A stretch of DNA of 64,000 bases from the human T2T-CHM13v2.0 reference genome, Homo sapiens, in NCBI RefSeq assembly GCF_009914755.1, contig NC_060925.1. One strand, 5' to 3'. A program made the translations under genes and the position numbers. A model generated the notes under the pieces. It was not told where the DNA came from, ran no database searches, and saw nothing but the letters and a program-made list of their open reading frames with translations. Below, piece after piece: positions 13,659 to 28,700 of the stretch (positions within the stretch are counted from its first letter, which is position 1; each line of letters begins with the position of its first letter).

Positions 13659-14721
13659 ATGGAATCGTCATCGAATGAATTGAATGCAATCATCGAATGG
13701 TCTCGAATGGAATCATCTTCTAATGGAAAGGAATGGAATCATCGCATAGAATCGAATGGAATTATCATCGAATGGAATCGAATGGTATCAACACCAAACG
13801 GAAAAAAACGGAATTATCGAATGGAATCGAAGAGAATCTTCGAACGGACCCGAATGGAATCATCTAATGGAATGGAATGGAATAATCCATGGACTCGAAT
13901 GCAATCATCATCGAATGGAATCGAATGGAATCATCGAATGGACTCGAATGGAATAATCATTGAACGGAATCGAATGGAATCATCATCGGATGGAAACGAA
14001 TGGAATCAACATCGAATTGAAATGAAAGGAGTCATCATCTAATGGAATTGCATGGAATCATCATAAAATGGAATCGAATGGAATCAACATCAAATGGAAT
14101 CAAATGGAATCATTGAACGGAATTGAATGGAATCGTCATCGAATGAATTGACTGCAATCATCGAATGGTCTCGAATGGAATCATCTTCAAATGGAATGGA
14201 ATGGAATCATCGCATAGAATCGAATGGAATTATCATCGAATGGAATCGAATGGAATCAACATCAAACGGAAAAAAACGGAATTATCGAATGGAATCGAAG
14301 AGAATCATCGAATGGACCCAAATGGAATCATCTAATGGAATGGAATGGAATAATCCATGGACTCGAATGCAATCATCATCGAATGGAATCGAATGGAATC
14401 ATCGAATGAACTCGAATGGAATCATCATTGAATGGAATCGAATGGAATCATCGAGTGGAATCGAATGGAATTATGATCAAATGGAATCGAATGTAATCAT
14501 CATCAAATGGAATCAAAAATAACCATCATCAATTGGTATTGAATGGAATTGTCATCAAATGGAATTCAAAGGAATCATCATCAAATGGAACCGAATGGAA
14601 TCCTCATTGAATGGAAATGAAAGGGGTCATCATCTAATGGAATCGCATGGAATCATCATCAAATGGAATCGAATGGAATCATCATCAAATGGAATCTAAT
14701 GGAATCATTGAACAGAATTGA
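13659..14721. repeat. 1063-bp truncated unit (713-bp deletion); the same class starts at 25712, 30327 and 34474
   Basis: Landmark spacing is 1063. Junction CATCGAATG|AACTCGAATGGAATCATCATTG at ~14405. The CCAGTGTG / AAGCT / GAAAGGGATC / ACAGTC segment is absent. Confidence 0.92.
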
Positions 14722-16497
14722 ATGGAATCGTCATCGAATGAATTGAATGCAATCATCGAATGGTCTCGAATGGAATCATCTTCTAATGGAAAGGAATGGA
14801 ATCATCGCATAGAATCGAATGGAATTATCATCGAATGGAATCGAATGGTATCAACACCAAACGGAAAAAAACGGAATTATCGAATGGAATCGAAGAGAAT
14901 CTTCGAACGGACCCGAATGGAATCATCTAATGGAATGGAATGGAATAATCCATGGACTCGAATGCAATCATCATCGAATGGAATCGAATGGAATCATCGA
15001 ATGGACTCGAATGGAATAATCATTGAACGGAATCGAATGGAATCATCATCGGATGGAAACGAATGGAATCATCATCGAATGGAAATGAAAGGAGTCATCA
15101 TCTAATGGAAATGCATGGAATCATCATAAAATGGAATCGAATGGAATCAACATCAAATGGAATCAAATGGAATCATTGAACGGAATTGAATGGAATCGTC
15201 ATCGAATGAATTGAATGCAATCATCGAATGGTCTCGAATGGAATCATCTTCAAATGGAATGGAATGGAATCATCGCATAGAATCGAATGGAATTATCATC
15301 GAATGGAATCGAATGGAATCAACATCAAACGGAAAAAAACGGAATTATCGAATGGAATCGAAGAGAATCATCGAATGGACCCGAATGGAATCATCTAATG
15401 GAATGGAATGGAATAATCCATGGACTCGAATGCAATCATCATCGAATGGAATCGAATGGAATCATCGAATGGACTCGAATGGAATAATCATTGAACGGAA
15501 ACGAATGGAATCATCATCGGATGGAAATGAATGGAATCATCATCGAATAGAATCGAATAGAATTATGGAATGAAATCCAGTGTGATCATCATCGAATGGA
15601 CCCGAATGGAATCATCATCCAACGGAAGCTAATGGAATCAACATCGAATGAATCGAATGGAAACACCATCGAATTGAAACGAATGGAATTATCATGAAAT
15701 TGAAATGGATGGACTCATCATCGAATGGATTCGAATGGAATCATCGAATAAAATTGATTGAAATCATCATCGAATGGAATCGAATGGTATCATTGAATGG
15801 AATCGAATGGAATCATCATCAGATGGAAATGAATGGAATCGTCATAGAATGGAATCGAATGGATTCATTGAATGGAATCAGATGGAATCATCGAATGGAC
15901 TGGAATGGAATCATTGAATGGACTCGAAAGGGATCATGATTGAATGGAATTTAATGGAATCATCGAATGGTCTCGATTGGAATCATTATCAAATGGAATC
16001 GAATGGAATCACCGAATAGAATCGAATGGAACAATCATCGAATGGACTCAAATGGAATTATCCTCAAATGGAATCGAATGGAATTATCGAATGCAATCGA
16101 ATGGAATTATCGATTGCAATCGAATAGAATCATCGAATGGACTCGAATGGAATCATCGAATGGAATGGAATGGAACAGTCAATGAACTCGAATGGAATCA
16201 TCATTGAATGGAATCGAATGGAATCATCGAGTGGAATCGAATGCAATTATGATCAAATGGAATCGAATGTAATCATCATCAAATGGAATCAAAAATAACC
16301 ATCATCAATTGGTATTGAATGGAATTGTCATCAAATGGAATTCAAAGGAATCATCATCAAATGGAACCGAATGGAATCCTCATTGAATGGAAATGAAAGG
16401 GGTCATCATCTAATGGAATCGCATGGAATCATCATCAAATGGAATCGAATGGAATCATCATCAAATGGAATCTAATGGAATCATTGAACAGAATTGA

Positions 16498-19400
16498 ATG
16501 GAATGGTCATCGAATGAATTGAATGCAATCATCGAATGGTCTCGAATGGAATCACCTTCTAATGGAAAGGAATGGAATCATCGCATAGAATCGAATGGAA
16601 TTATCATCGAATGGAATCGAATGGTATCAACACCAAACGGAAAAAAACGGAATTATCGAATGGAATCGAAGAGAATCTTCGAACGGACCCGAATGGAATC
16701 ATCTAATGGAATGGAATGGAATAATCCATGGACTCGAATGCAATCATCATCGAATGGAATCGAATGGAATCATCGAATGGACTCGAATGGAATAATCATT
16801 GAACGGAATCGAATGGAATCATCATCGGATGGAAACGAATGGAATCATCATCGAATGGAAATGAAAGGAGTCATCATCTAATGGAATTGCATGGAATCAT
16901 CATAAAATGGAATCGAATGGAATCAACATCAAATGGAATCAAATGGAATCATTGAACGGAATTGAATGGAATCGTCATCGAATGAATTGACTGCAATCAT
17001 CGAATGGTCTCGGAATCATCTTCAAATGGAATGGAATGGAATCATCGCATAGAATCGAATGGAATTATCATCGAATGGAATCGAATGGAATCAACATCAA
17101 ACGGAAAAAACCGGAATTATCGAATGGAATCGAAGAGAATCATCGAATGGACCCGAATGGAATCATCTAATGGAATGGAATGGAATAATCCATGGACTCG
17201 AATGCAATCATCATCGAATGGAATCGAATGGAATCATCGAATGAACTCGAATGGAATCATCATTGAATGGAATCGAATGGAATCATCGAGTGGAATCGAA
17301 TGGAATTATGATCAAATGGAATCGAATGTAATCATCATCAAATGGAATCAAAAATAACCATCATCAATTGGTATTGAATGGAATTGTCATCAAATGGAAT
17401 TCAAAGGAATCATCATCAAATGGATCCGAATGGAATCCTCATTGAATGGAAATGAAAGGGGTCATCATCTAATGGAATCGCATGGAATCATCATCAAATG
17501 GAATCGAATGGAATCATCATCAAATGGAATCTAATGGAATCATTGAACAGAATTGAATGGAATCGTCATCGAATGAATTGAATGCAATCATCGAATGGTC
17601 TCGAATGGAATCATCTTCTAATGGAAAGGAATGGAATCATCGCATAGAATCGAATGGAATTATCATCGAATGGAATCGAATGGTATCAACACCAAACGGA
17701 AAAAAACGGAATTATCGAATGGAATCGAAGAGAATCTTCGAACGGACCCGAATGGAATCATCTAATGGAATGGAATGGAATAATCCATGGACTCGAATGC
17801 AATCATCATCGAATGGAATCGAATGGATTCATCGAATGGACTCGAATGGAATAATCATTGAACGGAATCGAATGGAATCATCATCGGATGGAAACGAATG
17901 GAATCATCATCGAATGGAAATGAAAGGAGTCATCATCTAATGGAATTGCATGGAATCATCATAAAATGGAATCGAATGGAATCAACATCAAATGGAATCA
18001 AATGGAATCATTGAACGGAATTGAATGGAATCGTCATCGAATGAATTGACTGCAATCATCGAATGGTCTCGAATGGAATCATCTTCAAATGGAATGGAAT
18101 GGAATCATCGCATAGAATCGAATGGAATTATCATCGAATGGAATCGAATGGAATCAACATCAAACGGAAAAAAACGGAATTATCGAATGGAATCGAAGAG
18201 AATCATCGAATGGACCCGAATGGAATCATCTAATGGAATGGAATGGAATAATCCATGGACTCGAATGCAATCATCATCGAATGGAATCGAATGGAATCAT
18301 CGAATGGACTCGAATGGAATAATCATTTAACGGAAACGAATGGAATCATCATCGGATGGAAATGAATGGAATCATCATCGAATGGAATCGAATAGAATTA
18401 TGGAATGAAATCCAGTGTGATCATCATCGAATGGACCCGAATGGAATCATCATCCAACGGAAGCTAATGGAATCAACATCGAATGAATCGAATGGAAACA
18501 CCATCGAATTGAAACGAATGGAATTATCATGAAATTGAAATGGATGGACTCATCATCGAATGGATTCGAATGGAATCATCGAATAAAATTGATTGAAATC
18601 ATCATCCAATGGAATCGAATGGTATCATTGAATGGAATCGAATGGAATCATCATCAGATGGAAATGAATGGAATCGTCATAGAATGGAATCGAATGGATT
18701 CATTGAATGGAATCAGATGGAATCATCGAATGGACTGGAATGGAATCATTGAATGGACTCGAAAGGGATCATGATTGAATGGAATTGAATGGAATCATCG
18801 AATGGTCTCGATTGGAATCATTATCAAATGGAATCGAATGGAATCACCGAATAGAATCGAATGGAACAATCATCGAATGGACTCAAATGGAATTATCCTC
18901 AAATGGAATCGAATGGAATTATCGAATGCAATCGAATGGAATTATCGAATGCAATCGAATATAATCATCGAATGGACTCGAATGGAATCATCGAATGGAA
19001 TGGAATGGAACAGTCAATGAACTCGAATGGAATCATCATTGAATGGAATCGAATGGAATCATCGAGTGGAATCGAATGGAATTATGATCAAATGGAATCG
19101 AATGTAATCATCATCAAATGGAATCAAAAATAACCATCATCAATTGGTATTGAATGGAATTGTCATCAAATGGAATTCAAAGGAATCATCATCAAATGGA
19201 ACCGAATGGAATCCTCATTGAATGGAAATGAAAGGTGTCATCATCTAATGGAATCGCATGGAATCATCATCAAATGGAATCGAATGGAATCATCATCAAA
19301 TGGAATCTAATGGAATCATTGAACAGAATTGAATGGAATGGTCATCGAATGAATTGAATGCAATCATCGAATGGTCTCGAATGGTATCATCTTCTAATGG

Positions 19401-22167
19401 AAAGGAATGGAATCATCGCATAGAATCGAATGGAATTATCATCGAATGGAATCGAATGGTATCAACACCAAACGGAAAAAAACGGAATTATCGAATGGAA
19501 TCGAAGAGAATCTTCGAACGGACCCGAATGGAATCATCTAATGGAATGGAATGGAACAATCCATGGACTCGAATGCAATCATCATCGAATGGAATCGAAT
19601 GGAATCATCGAATGGACTCGAATGGAATAATCATTGAACGGAATCGAATGGAATCATCATCGGATGGAAACGAATGGAATCATCATCGAATGGAAATGAA
19701 AGGAGTCATCATCTAATGGAATTGCATGGAATCATCATAAAATGGAATCGAATGGAATCAACATCAAATGGAATCAAATGGAATCATTGAACGGAATTGA
19801 ATGGAATCGTCATCGAATGAATTGACTGCAATCATCGAATGGTCTCGGAATCATCTTCAAATGGAATGGAATGGAATCATCGCATAGAATCGAATGGAAT
19901 TATCATCGAATGGAATCGAATGGAATCAACATCAAACGGAAAAAACCGGAATTATCGAATGGAATCGAAGAGAATCATCGAATGGACCCGAATGGAATCA
20001 TCTAATGGAATGGAATGGAATAATCCATGGACTCGAATGCAATCATCATCGAATGGAATCGAATGGAATCATCGAATGAACTCGAATGGAATCATCATTG
20101 AATGGAATCGAATGGAATCATCGAGTGGAATCGAATGGAATTATGATCAAATGGAATCGAATGTAATCATCATCAAATGGAATCAAAAATAACCATCATC
20201 AATTGGTATTGAATGGAATTGTCATCAAATGGAATTCAAAGGAATCATCATCAAATGGATCCGAATGGAATCCTCATTGAATGGAAATGAAAGGGGTCAT
20301 CATCTAATGGAATCGCATGGAATCATCATCAAATGGAATCGAATGGAATCATCATCAAATGGAATCTAATGGAATCATTGAACAGAATTGAATGGAATCG
20401 TCATCGAATGAATTGAATGCAATCATCGAATGGTCTCGAATGGAATCATCTTCTAATGGAAAGGAATGGAATCATCGCATAGAATCGAATGGAATTATCA
20501 TCGAATGGAATCGAATGGTATCAACACCAAACGGAAAAAAACGGAATTATCGAATGGAATCGAAGAGAATCTTCGAACGGACCCGAATGGAATCATCTAA
20601 TGGAATGGAATGGAATAATCCATGGACTCGAATGCAATCATCATCGAATGGAATCGAATGGATTCATCGAATGGACTCGAATGGAATAATCATTGAACGG
20701 AATCGAATGGAATCATCATCGGATGGAAACGAATGGAATCATCATCGAATGGAAATGAAAGGAGTCATCATCTAATGGAATTGCATGGAATCATCATAAA
20801 ATGGAATCGAATGGAATCAACATCAAATGGAATCAAATGGAATCATTGAACGGAATTGAATGGAATCGTCATCGAATGAATTGACTGCAATCATCGAATG
20901 GTCTCGAATGGAATCATCTTCAAATGGAATGGAATGGAATCATCGCATAGAATCGAATGGAATTATCATCGAATGGAATCGAATGGAATCAACATCAAAC
21001 GGAAAAAAACGGAATTATCGAATGGAATCGAAGAGAATCATCGAATGGACCCGAATGGAATCATCTAATGGAATGGAATGGAATAATCCATGGACTCGAA
21101 TGCAATCATCATCGAATGGAATCGAATGGAATCATCGAATGGACTCGAATGGAATAATCATTGAACGGAAACGAATGGAATCATCATCGGATGGAAATGA
21201 ATGGAATCATCATCGAATGGAATCGAATAGAATTATGGAATGAAATCCAGTGTGATCATCATCGAATGGACCCGAATGGAATCATCATCCAACGGAAGCT
21301 AATGGAATCAACATCGAATGAATCGAATGGAAACACCATCGAATTGAAACGAATGGAATTATCATGAAATTGAAATGGATGGACTCATCATCGAATGGAT
21401 TCGAATGGAATCATCGAATAAAATTGATTGAAATCATCATCCAATGGAATCGAATGGTATCATTGAATGGAATCGAATGGAATCATCATCAGATGGAAAT
21501 GAATGGAATCGTCATAGAATGGAATCGAATGGATTCATTGAATGGAATCAGATGGAATCATCGAATGGACTGGAATGGAATCATTGAATGGACTCGAAAG
21601 GGATCATGATTGAATGGAATTGAATGGAATCATCGAATGGTCTCGATTGGAATCATTATCAAATGGAATCGAATGGAATCACCGAATAGAATCGAATGGA
21701 ACAATCATCGAATGGACTCAAATGGAATTATCCTCCAATGGAATCGAATGGAATTATCGAATGCAATCGAATGGAATTATCGAATGCAATCGAATATAAT
21801 CATCGAATGGACTCGAATGGAATCATCGAATGGAATGGAATGGAACAGTCAATGAACTCGAATGGAATCATCATTGAATGGAATCGAATGGAATCATCGA
21901 GTGGAATCGAATGGAATTATGATCAAATGGAATCGAATGTAATCATCATCAAATGGAATCAAAAATAACCATCATCAATTGGTATTGAATGGAATTGTCA
22001 TCAAATGGAATTCAAAGGAATCATCATCAAATGGAACCGAATGGAATCCTCATTGAATGGAAATGAAAGGTGTCATCATCTAATGGAATCGCATGGAATC
22101 ATCATCAAATGGAATCGAATGGAATCATCATCAAATGGAATCTAATGGAATCATTGAACAGAATTGA
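16498..22167. repeat. 2835-bp higher-order dimer (1059+1776) x2
   Basis: Landmarks at 16498, 17557, 19333, 20392, 22168. Private variants repeat at +2835: GGATCC 17422/20257 and AAAGGTGTC 19236/22071. Confidence 0.88.
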
Positions 22168-25100
22168 ATGGAATGGTCATCGAATGAATTGAATGCAATC
22201 ATCGAATGGTCTCGAATGGTATCATCTTCTAATGGAAAGGAATGGAATCATCGCATAGAATCGAATGGAATTATCATCGAATGGAATCGAATGGTATCAA
22301 CACCAAACGGAAAAAAACGGAATTATCGAATGGAATCGAAGAGAATCTTCGAACGGACCCGAATGGAATCATCTAATGGAATGGAATGGAACAATCCATG
22401 GACTCGAATGCAATCATCATCGAATGGAATCGAATGGAATCATCGAATGGACTCGAATGGAATAATCATTGAACGGAATCGAATGGAATCATCATCGGAT
22501 GGAAACGAATGGAATCATCATCGAATGGAAATGAAAGGAGTCATCATCTAATGGAATTGCATGGAATCATCATAAAATGGAATCGAATGGAATCAACATC
22601 AAATGGAATCAAATGGAATCATTGAACGGAATTGAATGGAATCGTCATCGAATGAATAGACTGCAATCATCGAATGGTCTCGGAATCATCTTCAAATGGA
22701 ATGGAATGGAATCATCGCATAGAATCGAATGGAATTATCATCGAATGGAATCGAATGGAATCAACATCAAACGGAAAAAAACGGAATTATCGAATGGAAT
22801 CGAAGAGAATCATCGAATGGACCCGAATGGAATCATCTAATGGAATGGAATGGAATAATCCATGGACTCGAATGCAATCATCATCGAATGGAATCGAATG
22901 GAATCATCGAATGGACTCAAATGGAATAATCATTGAACGGAATCGAATGGAATCATCATCGGATGGAAATGAATGGAATCATCATCGAATGGAATCGAAT
23001 AGAATTATGGAATGAAATCCAGTGTGATCATCATCGAATGGACCCGAATGGAATCATCATCCAACGGAAGCTAATGGAATCAACATCGAATGAATCGAAT
23101 GGAAACACCATCGAATTGAAACGAATGGAATTATCATGAAATTGAAATGGATGGACTCATCATCGAATGGATTCGAATGGAATCATCGAATAAAATTGAT
23201 TGAAATCATCATCCAATGGAATCGAATGGTATCATTGAATGGAATCGAATGGAATCATCATCAGATGGAAATGAATGGAATCGTCATAGAATGGAATCGA
23301 ATGGATTCATTGAATGGAATCAGATGGAATCATCGAATGGACTGGAATGGAATCATTGAATGGACTCGAAAGGGATCATGATTGAATGGAATTGAATGGA
23401 ATCATCGAATGGTCTCGATTGGAATCATTATCAAATGGAATCGAATGGAATCACCGAATAGAATCGAATGGAACAATCATCGAATGGACTCAAATGGAAT
23501 TATCCTCAAATGGAATCGAATGGAATTATCGAATGCAATCGAATGGAATTATCGAATGCAATCGAATATAATCATCGAATGGACTCGAATGGAATCATCG
23601 AATGGAATGGAATGGAACAGTCAATGAACTCGAATGGAATCATCATTGAATGGAATCGAATGGAATCATCGAGTGGAATCGAATGGAATTATGATCAAAT
23701 GGAATCGAATGTAATCATCATCAAATGGAATCAAAAATAACCATCATCAATTGGTATTGAATGGAATTGTCATCAAATGGAATTCAAAGGAATCATCATC
23801 AAATGGAACCGAATGGAATCCTCATTGAATGGAAATGAAAGGTGTCATCATCTAATGGAATCGCATGGAATCATCATCAAATGGAATCGAATGGAATCAT
23901 CATCAAATGGAATCTAATGGAATCATTGAACAGAATTGAATGGAATGGTCATCGAATGAATTGAATGCAATCATCGAATGGTCTCGAATGGTATCATCTT
24001 CTAATGGAAAGGAATGGAATCATCGCATAGAATCGAATGGAATTATCATCGAATGGAATCGAATGGTATCAACACCAAACGGAAAAAAACGGAATTATCG
24101 AATGGAATCGAAGAGAATCTTCGAACGGACCCGAATGGAATCATCTAATGGAATGGAATGGAACAATCCATGGACTCGAATGCAATCATCATCGAATGGA
24201 ATCGAATGGAATCATCGAATGGACTCGAATGGAATAATCATTGAACGGAATCGAATGGAATCATCATCGGATGGAAACGAATGGAATCATCATCGAATGG
24301 AAATGAAAGGAGTCATCATCTAATGGAATTGCATGGAATCATCATAAAATGGAATCGAATGGAATCAACATCAAATGGAATCAAATGGAATCATTGAACG
24401 GAATTGAATGGAATCGTCATCGAATGAATAGACTGCAATCATCGAATGGTCTCGGAATCATCTTCAAATGGAATGGAATGGAATCATCGCATAGAATCGA
24501 ATGGAATTATCATCGAATGGAATCGAATGGAATCAACATCAAACGGAAAAAAACGGAATTATCGAATGGAATCGAAGAGAATCATCGAATGGACCCGAAT
24601 GGAATCATCTAATGGAATGGAATGGAATAATCCATGGACTCGAATGCAATCATCATCGAATGGAATCGAATGGAATCATCGAATGGACTCAAATGGAATA
24701 ATCATTGAACGGAATCGAATGGAATCATCATCGGATGGAAATGAATGGAATCATCATCGAATGGAATCGAATAGAATTATGGAATGAAATCCAGTGTGAT
24801 TATCATCGAATGGACCCGAATGGAATCATCATCCAACGGAAGCTAATGGAATCAACATCGAATGAATCGAATGGAAACACCATCGAATTGAAACGAATGG
24901 AATTATCATGAAATTGAAATGGATGGACTCATCATCGAATGGATTCGAATGGAATCATCGAATAAAATTGATTGAAATCATCATCCAATGGAATCGAATG
25001 GTATCATTGAATGGAATCGAATGGAATCATCATCAGATGGAAATGAATGGAATCGTCATAGAATGGAATCGAATGGATTCATTGAATGGAATCAGATGGA

Positions 25101-25711
25101 ATCATCGAATGGACTGGAATGGAATCATTGAATGGACTCGAAAGGGATCATGATTGAATGGAATTGAATGGAATCATCGAATGGTCTCGATTGGAATCAT
25201 TATCAAATGGAATCGAATGGAATCACCGAATAGAATCGAATGGAACAATCATCGAATGGACTCAAATGGAATTATCCTCAAATGGAATCGAATGGAATTA
25301 TCGAATGCAATCGAATGGAATTATCGAATGCAATCGAATAGAATCATCGAATGGACTCGAATGGAATCATCGAATGGAATGGAATGGAACAGTCAATGAA
25401 CTCGAATGGAATCATCATTGAATGGAATCGAATGGAATCATCGAGTGGAATCGAATGGAATTATGATCAAATGGAATCGAATGTAATCATCATCAAATGG
25501 AATCAAAAATAACCATCATCAATTGGTATTGAATGGAATTGTCATCAAATGGAATTCAAAGGAATCATCATCAAATGGAACCGAATGGAATCCTCATTGA
25601 ATGGAAATGAAAGGGGTCATCATCTAATGGAATCGCATGGAATCATCATCAAATGGAATCGAATGGAATCATCATCAAATGGAATCTAATGGAATCATTG
25701 AACAGAATTGA
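22168..25711. repeat. Two adjacent near-identical 1772-bp units (4-bp deletion class)
   Basis: Spacing 22168->23940->25712. Shared GGTCTCGGAATC, GAATAGACTGC, GGACTCAAATGGAATAATC and GGAACAATCC variants. Confidence 0.88.
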
Positions 25712-28700
25712 ATGGAATCGTCATCGAATGAATTGAATGCAATCATCGAATGGTCTCGAATGGAATCATCTTCTAATGGAAAGGAATGGAATCATCGCAT
25801 AGAATCGAATGGAATTATCATCGAATGGAATCGAATGGTATCAACACCAAACGGAAAAAAACGGAATTATCGAATGGAATCGAAGAGAATCTTCGAACGG
25901 ACCTGAATGGAATCATCTAATGGAATGGAATGGAATAATCCATGGACTCGAATGCAATCATCATCGAATGGAATCGAATGGAATCATCGAATGGACTCGA
26001 ATGGAATAATCATTGAACGGAATCGAATGGAATCATCATCGGATGGAAACGAATGGAATCATCATCGAATGGAAATGAAAGGAGTCATCATCTAATGGAA
26101 TTGCATGGAATCATCATAAAATGGAATCGAAAGGAATCAACATCAAATGGAATCAAATGGAATCATTGAACGGAATTGAATGGAATCGTCATCAAATGAA
26201 TTGACTGCAATCATCGAATGGTCTCGAATGGAATCATCTTCAAATGGAATGGAATGGAATCATCGCATAGAATCGAATGGAAGTATCATCGAATGGAATC
26301 GAATGGAATCAACATCAAACGGAAAAAAACGGAATTATCGAACGGAATCGAAGAGAATCATCGAATGGACCCGAATGGAATCATCTAATGGAATGGAATG
26401 GAATAATCCATGGACTCGAATGCAATCATCATCGAATGGAATCGAATGGAATCATCGAATGAACTCGAATGGAATCATCATTGAATGGAATCGAATGGAA
26501 TCATCGAGTGGAATCGAATGCAATTATGATCAAATGGAATCGAATGTAATCATCATCAAATGGAATCAAAAATAACCATCATCAATTGGTATTGAATGGA
26601 ATTGTCATCAAAAGGAATTCAAAGGAATCATCATCAAATGGAACCGAATGGAATCCTCATTGAATGGAAATGAAAGGGGTCATCATCTAATGGAATCGCA
26701 TGGAATCATCATCAAATGGAATCGAATGGAATCATCATCAAATGGAATCTAATGGAATCATTGAACAGAATTGAATGGAATCGTCATCGAATGAATTGAA
26801 TGCAATCATCGAATGGTCTCGAATGGAATCATCTTCTAATGGAAAGGAATGGAATCATCGCATAGAATCGAATGGAATTATCATCGAATGGAATCGAATG
26901 GTATCAACACCAAACGGAAAAAAACGGAATTATCGAATGGAATCGAAGAGAATCTTCGAACGGACCCGAATGGAATCATCTAATGGAATGGAATGGAATA
27001 ATCCATGGACTCGAATGCAATCATCATCGAATGGAATCGAATGGAATCATCGAATGGACTCGAATGGAATAATCATTGAACGGAATCGAATGGAATCATC
27101 ATCGGATGGAAACGAATGGAATCATCATCGAATGGAAATGAAAGGAGTCATCATCTAATGGAATTGCATGGAATCATCATAAAATGGAATCGAATGGAAT
27201 CAACATCAAATGGAATCAAATGGAATCATTGAACGGAATTGAATGGAATCGTCATCGAATGAATTGACTGCAATCATCCAATGGTCTCGAATGGAATCAT
27301 CTTCAAATGGAATGGAATGGAATCATCGCATAGAATCGAATGGAATTATCATCGAATGGAATCGAATGGAATCAACATCAAACGGAAAAAAACGGAATTA
27401 TCGAATGGAATCGAAGAGAATCATCGAATGGACCCGAATGGAATCATCTAATGGAATGGAATGGAATAATCCATGGACTCGAATGCAATCATCATCGAAT
27501 GGAATCGAATGGAATCATCGAATGGACTCGAATGGAATAATCATTGAACGGAATTGAATGGAATCATCATCGGATGGAAATGAATGGAATCATCATCGAA
27601 TGGAATCGAATAGAATTATGGAATGAAATCCAGTGTGATCATCATCGAATGGACCCGAATGGAATCATCATCCAACGGAAGCTAATGGAATCAACATCGA
27701 ATGAATCGAATGGAAACACCATCGAATTGAAACGAATGGAATTATCATGAAATTGAAATGGATGGACTCATCATCGAATGGATTCGAATGGAATCATCGA
27801 ATAAAATTGATTGAAATCATCATCCAATGGAATCGAATGGTATCATTGAATGGAATCGAATGGAATCATCATCAGATGGAAATGAATGGAATCGTCATAG
27901 AATGGAATCGAATGGATTCATTGAATGGAATCAGATGGAATCATCGAATGGACTGGAATGGAATCATTGAATGGACTCGAAAGGGATCATGATTGAATGG
28001 AATTGAATGGAATCATCGAATGGTCTCGATTGGAATCATTATCAAATGGAATCGAATGGAATCACCGAATAGAATCGAATGGAACAATCATCGAATGGAC
28101 TCAAATGGAATTATCCTCAAATGGAATCGAATGGAATTATCGAATGCAATCGAATGGAATTATCGAATGCAATCGAATAGAATCATCGAATGGACTCGAA
28201 TGGAATCATCGAATGGAATGGAATGGAACAGTCAATGAACTCGAATGGAATCATCATTGAATGGAATCGAATGGAATCATCGAGTGGAATCGAATGGAAT
28301 TATGATCAAATGCAATCGAATGTAATCCTCATCAAATGGAATCAAAAATAACCATCATCAATTGGTATTGAATGGAATTGTCATCAAATGGAATTCAAAG
28401 GAATCATCATCAAATGGAACCGAATGGAATCCTCATTGAATGGAAATGAAAGGGGTCATCATCTAATGGAATCGCATGGAATCATCATCAAATGGAATCG
28501 AATGGAATCATCATCAAATGGAATCTAATGGAATCATTGAACAGAATTGAATGGAATCGTCATCGAATGAATTGAATGCAATCATCGAATGGTCTCGAAT
28601 GGAATCATCTTCTAATGGAAAGGAATGGAATCATCGCATAGAATCGAATGGAATTATCATCGAATGGAATCGAATGGTATCAACACCAAACGGAAAAAAA

